A stretch of 64,000 nucleotides of DNA from the NCBI GenBank assembly GCA_964057225.1, contig OZ059895.1, positions 8,866,001 to 8,930,000 of the forward strand. Reading direction: 5' to 3'. This DNA is from Auanema rhodensis. Taxonomy: Eukaryota; Animalia; Nematoda. The position numbers and the translations under genes were made by a program. The notes below the pieces were generated by a model that saw nothing but the letters and a program-made list of their open reading frames with translations, searched no databases and was not told the origin of the DNA. This document shows, one piece after another, positions 55,799-64,000 of this stretch (the first letter of the stretch is position 1; every line of letters starts with the position of its first letter).

Positions 55799-56462
55799 AG
55801 AGAGATAGAACGGAGAGAATGTGAAGGAAGTGACAATGAACAGTAAAAAAAGAGAGAAAAAGAGTTAAAGAGAAATAAAGAGAGATAACTAGAAAGAAGT
55901 GACCAAAAATGCTTTCTGATTCATTTCTACTATTTTATTTATTTTAATTAATATATTATTTAAAACTTAATTTATATATTAAAACATTTTTATTTTAATT
56001 ATTTTTAATTTCAAATAGTTTCTTTTAGTCAATAAATAGCAAATTAAAATCATCGTAATTTCTTAAATTGTCGTTTTATTTCCACAAAATCGCTTCATTT
56101 CTTTAAAATTCTTTCTAACAAATTATATTATTTATTATAAATAATTATAAATTTATAAATAAATAATATATATTCTTATATGTTGTATATATAACTTTAA
56201 TTATTTTTTATTATTTAGTTATTAATTGGAACAATTATTTCATATTTTTCAATAATTTCTTATATATTCTAAAGGTATAACATATTTATATTTTTAATTT
56301 CTTTATAATTTACTTATACTTTTACCTTAACATATTCTATCTATTAAATATTCTTTCTAACTATATAATATTGAAATTATGAGAAATTCTTTTTTTTTTT
56401 TTAGAAATATTGTTTACATATGTTATTCTCTAATACTAGATCTATTCATTTCTTCTACCCAA

Positions 56463-56464
<2 letters not shown>

Positions 56465-56543
<79 letters not shown>
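56465..56543. repeat. (CT)n microsatellite, ~39 units
   Basis: Visible run. Confidence 0.92.
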
Positions 56544-56548
<5 letters not shown>

Positions 56549-57112
56549 CCTTCAAGTTTGTTGCATATTTGTCCTTTGCTCTACTATATTCAATAGAGAA
56601 TAGTGTTCAGAGTCTAAATATCCCTAAAATCATTTCCATTATGTATGTATGTATTTCACTTTACCTTTTATATCAAAGAAAAAAGTATTAAAATCAAGAA
56701 ATTTATTAAAATAATTTAATTTTATATAATTATTTTATAATTTTATATATTTTCAAATAAAAAAAAAGTTAAATTGTGAAAGTTGAATATTTCATTTCTT
56801 AAATTGTCAATGTTTCATGTATTTGATTATCCTTAATCCTTTGTTAAATATAATATTAATCTTTGAATTGAATTAAAACTTAAATCTTCACGAAAAGTTC
56901 GAATTTTTGAAACTTTTTCTGAAAATTGCGAACTTAATCGAATGTCTATTTATCCTTCTATTTATCCTTTTATATATGTAAATATGTATACTTTACCAAT
57001 GTTTTTATTATATTCCCATATATATATATAGTTAATATCTTCTTGTTTTTATACTAACTATATGTAAAATTATTATATACTTCATTATATATTTTATTTT
57101 TTTTTAAGAAAA

Positions 57113-60100
57113 ATGTCGGATCGTGGTCGTCCGCCTAAGCCGCCGAACAGACCAGGTTTTCTTTCATTTTTGAATTAAAATATAAATTTATAAAATAAAA
57201 TAAATAAATGTTTGAATATTTTAGAATCCAGACATGATCGACCGACATGGACCGTCACTCGACGGGAACGAACGGAACAGTCACCTCTAAGGTATATTAT
57301 ACATATAGTTGTTTTTTTTAATGATTTTTTGATATTATAATATATAAATAGAAGCGGATCTCCATTTCAATCACGAACTGTAACAACAACAGAGAGAGTA
57401 CAAATCATGCAATTACCACTTTCGCTCACAGAGCAACAGGTAAAAATGAGTTAAATATATACATATATGTATAGTTTTATAATAAAACTATAATGAATTA
57501 TACAAAAAAAAAGAAAAGAAGAGAAACAGTTGAATAAACATTAATCTAACAATGATTATTTAATAAAAAGATTATTGATTTTATATATTTCTATATATAT
57601 ATTTATATTTTTTTAATTCGAATACTATAGATTGCTCCAGCCGAATTACTTGCTCTATCGCCTACGGCGAATACTAGTCAATCCGTCTCGTCCACGATAA
57701 CGACATTACAGGTATTACATATGAAATTATCACATAGTTTAATAATTATTTTGAAATATATGTAGGCTGAGGGTACTCCCTTAATTGGTGCTATCACAGC
57801 AGCAGGAGTTCCGTTATATTCAGGAATTGTGCATCAACCAGACGCTCGACATACAACAACTATTATCACAACAACAACGACAACATATCGTGTTCTAGAA
57901 GTCAGCGACAGCGATTCCATGTCTGATGATTTCGAGTTGATTGAACAACAATTAGCTTCACCAACTCCTATTGGTGATTCTCTAACAATCGATATCAATA
58001 TGATTCCGCGATCACCATCTCCACAATACGTGATAGTCAGCAAAGCAGAAACAGAAGCACCCTTATCCCCCATTACGAGGGCTAGAATGGAAATAGATAT
58101 CGACTTTACGGATGAATCAACAGTAGATCATAACAATGATACTATCAATTATGAAAGAATGACAAGTGATTACACTGTGTCACCAGCACAATTACGGGAT
58201 GCTCACACCATGACAGCACATGAGACAGCTCCGAATGTATACAACTATGACGATCAGGTGGCATCAACAAGTTTTTCCGATCAAATACATCATTTGGACT
58301 TGAGGGATATAGTAAAGGTGTATCATTCCGGTATAAGCGCAGACTTCGATAGGAACAAAGATATTGAACAAGAAAATAACGATAGGAAAACAGAGTCATA
58401 TATTTCACAAACCTTATCAAATCCAACAAATTTGAGTGGGTCTACCACAACATTCGAAGAACAAGCACATAGAACAAAAAATATACTAAAAAACGAATAT
58501 CCAACTTCTGAAACATACGATGGACCATTGACTTCCACTGGACGTGCTTCTGAAATTGAAGGAGATGCTCTAACTCATCATGTTGCTGTCTACCACAGTG
58601 GACGATCTGACGATCAACCAACTACATCTCAACCTCAGAAACCAGAGCAAGAACAACCCGTTGATATCGTTGAGAAGACAAAGAGCCTCGGAGACAAGAT
58701 CACCGGCTTATTCAAGAAGGGACCAGCTCATCTGGACTATCCAACTTCTGAAACATACGATGGACCATTGACTACTACCGGACGTGCTTCTGAAATTGAA
58801 GGAGATGCTCTAACTCATCATGTTGCTGTCTACCACAGTGGACGATCTGACGATCAACCAACTACATCTCAACCTCAGAAACCAGAGCAAGAACAACCCG
58901 TTGATATCGTTGAGAAGACAAAGAGCCTCGGAGACAAGATCACCGGCTTATTCAAGAAGGGACCAGCTCATCTGGACTATCCAACTTCTGAAACATACGA
59001 TGGACCATTGACTACTACCGGACGTGCTTCTGAAATTGAAGGAGATGCTCTAACTCATCATGTTGCTGTCTACCACAGTGGACGATCTGACGATCAACCA
59101 ACTACATCTCAACCTCAGAAACCAGAAGAAGAACAACCCGTTGATATCGTTGAGAAGACAAAGAGCCTCGGAGACAAGATCACCGGCTTATTCAAGAAGG
59201 GACCAGCTCATCTGGACTATCCAACTTCTGAAACATACGATGGACCATTGACTACTACCGGACGTGCTTCTGAAATTGAAGGAGATGCTCTAACTCATCA
59301 TGTTGCTGTCTACCACAGTGGACGATCTGACGATCAACCAACTACATCTCAACCTCAGAAACCAGAAGAAGAACAACCCGTTGATATCGTTGAGAAGACA
59401 AAGAGCCTCGGAGACAAGATCACCGGCTTATTCAAGAAGGGACCAGCTCATCTGGATTATCCAACTTCTGAAACATACGATGGACCATTGACTTCTACCG
59501 GACGTGCTTCTGAAATTGAAGGAGATGCTCTTACTCATCATGTTGCTGTCTACCACAGTGGACGATCTGACGATCAACCAACTACATCTCAACCTCAGAA
59601 ACCAGAAGAAGAACAACCCGTTGATATCGTTGAGAAGACAAAGAGCCTCGGAGACAAGATCACCGGCTTATTCAAGAAGGGACCAGCTCATCTGGACTAT
59701 CCAACTTCTGAAACATACGATGGACCATTGACTTCTACCGGACGTGCTTCTGAAATTGAAGGAGATGCTCTAACTCATCATGTTGCTGTCTACCACAGTG
59801 GACGATCTGACGATCAACCAACTACATCTCAACCTCAGAAACCAGAAGAAGAACAACCCGTTGATATCGTTGAGAAGTCAAAGAGCCTCGGAGACAAGAT
59901 CACCGGCTTATTCAAGAAGGGACCAGCTCATCTGGATTATCCAACTTCTGAAACATACGATGGACCATTGGCTTCCACTGGACGTGCTTCTGAAATTGAA
60001 GGAGATGCTCTAACTCATCATGTTGCTGTCTACCACAGTGGACGATCTGACGATCAACCAACTACATCTCAACCTCAGAAACCAGAAGAAGAACAACCCG

Positions 60101-63100
60101 TTGATATCGTTGAGAAGTCAAAGAGCCTCGGAGACAAGATCACCGGCTTATTCAAGAAGGGACCAGCTCATCTGGATTATCCAACTTCTGAAACATACGA
60201 TGGACCATTGACTACTACCGGACGTGCTTCTGAAATTGAAGGAGATGCTCTAACTCATCATGTTGCTGTCTACCACAGTGGACGATCTGACGATCAACCA
60301 ACTACATCTCAACCTCAGAAACCAGAAGAAGAACAACCCGTTGATATCGTTGAGAAGACAAAGAGCCTCGGAGACAAGATCACCGGCTTATTCAAGAAGG
60401 GACCAGCTCATCTGGACTATCCAACTTCTGAAACATACGATGGACCATTGACTACTACCGGACGTGCTTCTGAAATTGAAGGAGATGCTCTAACTCATCA
60501 TGTTGCTGTCTACCACAGTGGACGATCTGACGATCAACCAACTACATCTCAACCTCAGAAACCAGAAGAAGAACAACCCGTTGATATCGTTGAGAAGACA
60601 AAGAGCCTTGGAGACAAGATCACCGGCTTATTCAAGAAGGGACCAGCTCATCTGGATTATCCAACTTCTGAAACATACGATGGACCATTGACTTCTACCG
60701 GACGTGCTTCTGAAATTGAAGGAGATGCTCTTACTCATCATGTTGCTGTCTACCACAGTGGACGATCTGACGATCAACCAACTACATCTCAACCTCAGAA
60801 ACCAGAAGAAGAACAACCCGTTGATATCGTTGAGAAGACAAAGAGCCTCGGAGACAAGATCACCGGCTTATTCAAGAAGGGACCAGCTCATCTGGACTAT
60901 CCAACTTCTGAAACATACGATGGACCATTGACTTCTACCGGACGTGCTTCTGAAATTGAAGGAGATGCTCTAACTCATCATGTTGCTGTCTACCACAGTG
61001 GACGATCTGACGATCAACCAACTACATCTCAACCTCAGAAACCAGAAGAAGAACAACCCGTTGATATCGTTGAGAAGTCAAAGAGCCTCGGAGACAAGAT
61101 CACCGGCTTATTCAAGAAGGGACCAGCTCATCTGGATTATCCAACTTCTGAAACATACGATGGACCATTGTCTTCTACCGGACGTGCTTCTGAAATTGAA
61201 AGAGATGCTCTAACTCATCATGTTGCTGTCTACCACAGTGGACGATCTGACGATCAACCAACTACATCTCAACCTCAGAAACCAGAAGAAGAACAACCCG
61301 TTGATATCGTTGAGAAGTCAAAGAGCCTCGGAGACAAGATCACCGGCTTATTCAAGAAGGGACCAGCTCATCTGGATTATCCAACTTCTGAAACATACGA
61401 TGGACCATTGTCTTCTACCGGACGTGCTTCTGAAATTGAAAGAGATGCTCTAACTCATCATGTTGCTGTCTACCACAGTGGACGATCTGACGATCAACCA
61501 ACTACATCTCAACCTCAGAAACCAGAAGAAGAACAACCCGTTGATATCGTTGAGAAGACAAAGAGCCTTGGAGACAAGATCACCGGCTTATTCAAGAAGG
61601 GACCAGCTCATCTGGATTATCCAACTTCTGAAACATACGATGGACCATTGGCTTCCACTGGACGTGCTTCTGAAATTGAAGGAGATGGTCTAACTCATCA
61701 TGTTGCTGTCTACCACAGTGGACGATCTGACGATCAACCAACTACATCTCAACCTCAGAAACCAGAAGAAGAACAACCCGTTGATATCGTTGAGAAGTCA
61801 AAGAGCCTCGGAGACAAGATCACCGGCTTATTCAAGAAGGGACCAGCTCATCTGGATTATCCAACTTCTGAAACATACGATGGACCATTGACTTCTACCG
61901 GACGTGCTTCTGAAATTGAAGGAGATGCTCTAACTCATCATGTTGCTGTCTACCACAGTGGACGATCTGACGATCAACCAACTACATCTCAACCTCAGAA
62001 ACCAGAAGAAGAACAACCCGTTGATATCGTTGAGAAGACAAAGAGCCTCGGAGACAAGATCACCGGTTTATTCAAGAAGGGACCAGCTCATCTGGATTAT
62101 CCAACTTCTGAAACATACGATGGACCATTGACTTCCACTGAACGTGCTTCTGAAATTGAAGGAGATGCTCTAACTCATCATGTTGCTGTCTACCACAGTG
62201 GACGATCTGACGATCAACCAACTACATCTCAACCTCAGAAACCAGAAGAAGAACAACCCGTTGATATCGTTGAGAAGTCAAAGAGCCTCGGAGACAAGAT
62301 CACCGGCTTATTCAAGAAGGGACCAGCTCATCTGGATTATCCAACTTCTGAAACATACGATGGACCATTGACTTCCACTGGACGTGCTTCTGAAATTGAA
62401 GGAGATGCTCTAACTCATCATGTTGCTGTCTACCACAGTGGACGATCTGACGATCAACCAACTACATCTCAACCTCAGAAACCAGAAGAAGAACAACCCG
62501 TTGATATCGTTGAGAAGTCAAAGAGCCTCGGAGACAAGATCACCGGCTTATTCAAGAAGGGACCAGCTCATCTGGATTATCCAACTTCTGAAACATACGA
62601 TGGACCATTGTCTTCTACCGGACGTGCTTCTGAAATTGAAAGAGATGCTCTAACTCATCATGTTGCTGTCTACCACAGTGGACGATCTGACGATCAACCA
62701 ACTACATCTCAACCTCAGAAACCAGAAGAAGAACAACCCGTTGATATCGTTGAGAAGACAAAGAGCCTCGGAGACAAGATCACCGGCTTATTCAAGAAGG
62801 GACCAGCTCATCTGGATTATCCAACTTCTGAAACATACGATGGACCATTGGCTTCCACTGGACGTGCTTCTGAAATTGAAGGAGATGGTCTAACTCATCA
62901 TGTTGCTGTCTACCACAGTGGACGATCTGACGATCAACCAACTACATCTCAACCTCAGAAACCAGAAGAAGAACAACCCGTTGATATCGTTGAGAAGACA
63001 AAGAGCCTCGGAGACAAGATCACCGGTTTATTCAAGAAGGGACCAGCTCATCTGGATTATCCAACTTCTGAAACATACGATGGACCATTGACTACTACCG

Positions 63101-64000
63101 GACGTGCTTCTGAAATTGAAGGAGATGCTCTAACTCATCATGTTGCTGTCTACCACAGTGGACGATCTGACGATCAACCAACTACATCTCAACCTCAGAA
63201 ACCAGAAGAAGAACAACCCGTTGATATCGTTGAGAAGACAAAGAGCCTCGGAGACAAGATCACCGGTTTATTCAAGAAGGGACCAGCTCATCTGGATTAT
63301 CCAACTTCTGAAACATACGATGGACCATTGGCTTCCACTGGACGTGCTTCTGAAATTGAAGGAGATGCTCTAACTCATCATGTTGCTGTCTACCACAGTG
63401 GACGATCTGACGATCAACCAACTACATCTCAACCTCAGAAACCAGAAGAAGAACAACCCGTTGATATCGTTGAGAAGACAAAGAGCCTCGGAGACAAGAT
63501 CACCGGCTTATTCAAGAAGGGACCAGCTCATCTGGATTATCCAACTTCTGAAACATACGATGGACCATTGACTACTACCGGACGTGCTTCTGAAATTGAA
63601 GGAGATGCTTTAACTCATCATGTTGCTGTCTACCACAGTGGACGATCTGACGATCAACCAACTACATCTCAACCTCAGAAACCAGAAGAAGAACAACCCG
63701 TTGATATCGTTGAGAAGACAAAGAGCCTCGGTGACAAGATCACCGGCTTATTCAAGAAGGGACCAGCTCATCTGGATTATCCAACTTCTGAAACATACGA
63801 TGGACCATTGGCTTCTACTGGACGTGCTTCTGAAATTGAAGGAGATGCTCTAACTCATCATGTTGCTGTCTACCACAGTGGACGATCTGACGATCAACCA
63901 ACTACATCTCAACCTCAGAAACCAGAAGAAGAACAACCCGTTGATATCGTTGAGAAGACAAAGAGCCTTGGAGACAAGATCACCGGCTTATTCAAGAAGG
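57113..64000 (+). CDS. 5' part of a giant tandem-repeat protein (80-aa repeats), truncated at window end
   Basis: Four short exons (MSDRGRPPKPPNRP|ESRHDRPTW..|SGSPFQSRTV..|IAPAELL..) lead into an exon starting at 57766 (AEGTPLIG..) that stays open in frame +1 to 64000. Confidence 0.88.
58498..64000 (+). repeat. Coding tandem array, 240-bp unit x ~23
   Basis: The unit begins CCAACTTCTGAAACATACGATGGACCATTG at 58501+240k. There are no indels and only a few substitutions per unit. Confidence 0.98.

Noticed and set aside
58580-63853. Series of 63-77 aa ORFs (MLLSTTVDD...) and two minus-strand ORFs in the ORF track
   Set aside because: These are off-frame shadows of the 240-bp repeat. Their stops come and go with substitutions that are harmless in frame +1, the continuous frame.
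58498-64000. CRISPR array or non-coding satellite
   Set aside because: There are no unique spacers, the context is eukaryotic, the unit length is a multiple of 3, and the open frame continues from upstream exons.
1-64000. Autonomous transposons, rRNA or snRNA genes
   Set aside because: I recognised no transposase, reverse transcriptase, long terminal repeats, rRNA or full snRNA sequence. Small non-autonomous elements cannot be excluded without a repeat library.

Overview
This is eukaryotic DNA from a rhabditid-type nematode, judged by ~45-nt introns, TTTCAG/TTTAG acceptors and worm-specific gene families. The supplied ORF track is therefore mostly exon fragments, and genes here were assembled by hand from GT..AG boundaries. 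The left ~25.5 kb is a compact housekeeping/germline cluster: a CSR-1/HRDE-1-type Argonaute with an intact DEDD slicer tetrad, an F-box/LRR gene, hsr-9 (53BP1), rps-19, a probable three-gene operon (MEK5-like kinase > elpc-1 > TM2-domain gene), a TMEM220-like gene, eif-3.I and tRNA-Asp. The one long elpc-1 intron hides a complete 7-exon opposite-strand orphan gene rich in tyrosine motifs. From ~27.6 kb the DNA becomes very AT-rich and microsatellite-rich. This part, with ntr-1 at its edge, carries tissue-specific genes: a tandem-C2 gene, a small Cys-rich membrane protein, an Sra/Srab-type chemoreceptor and an aex-1-like MUN/C2 gene, plus tRNA-Arg. The window ends inside a giant exon (>6.2 kb, frame +1, missed by the ORF track) encoding ~23 near-identical 80-aa repeats with a 5-unit higher-order pattern. 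No database searches were run. Family calls rest on recalled motifs.
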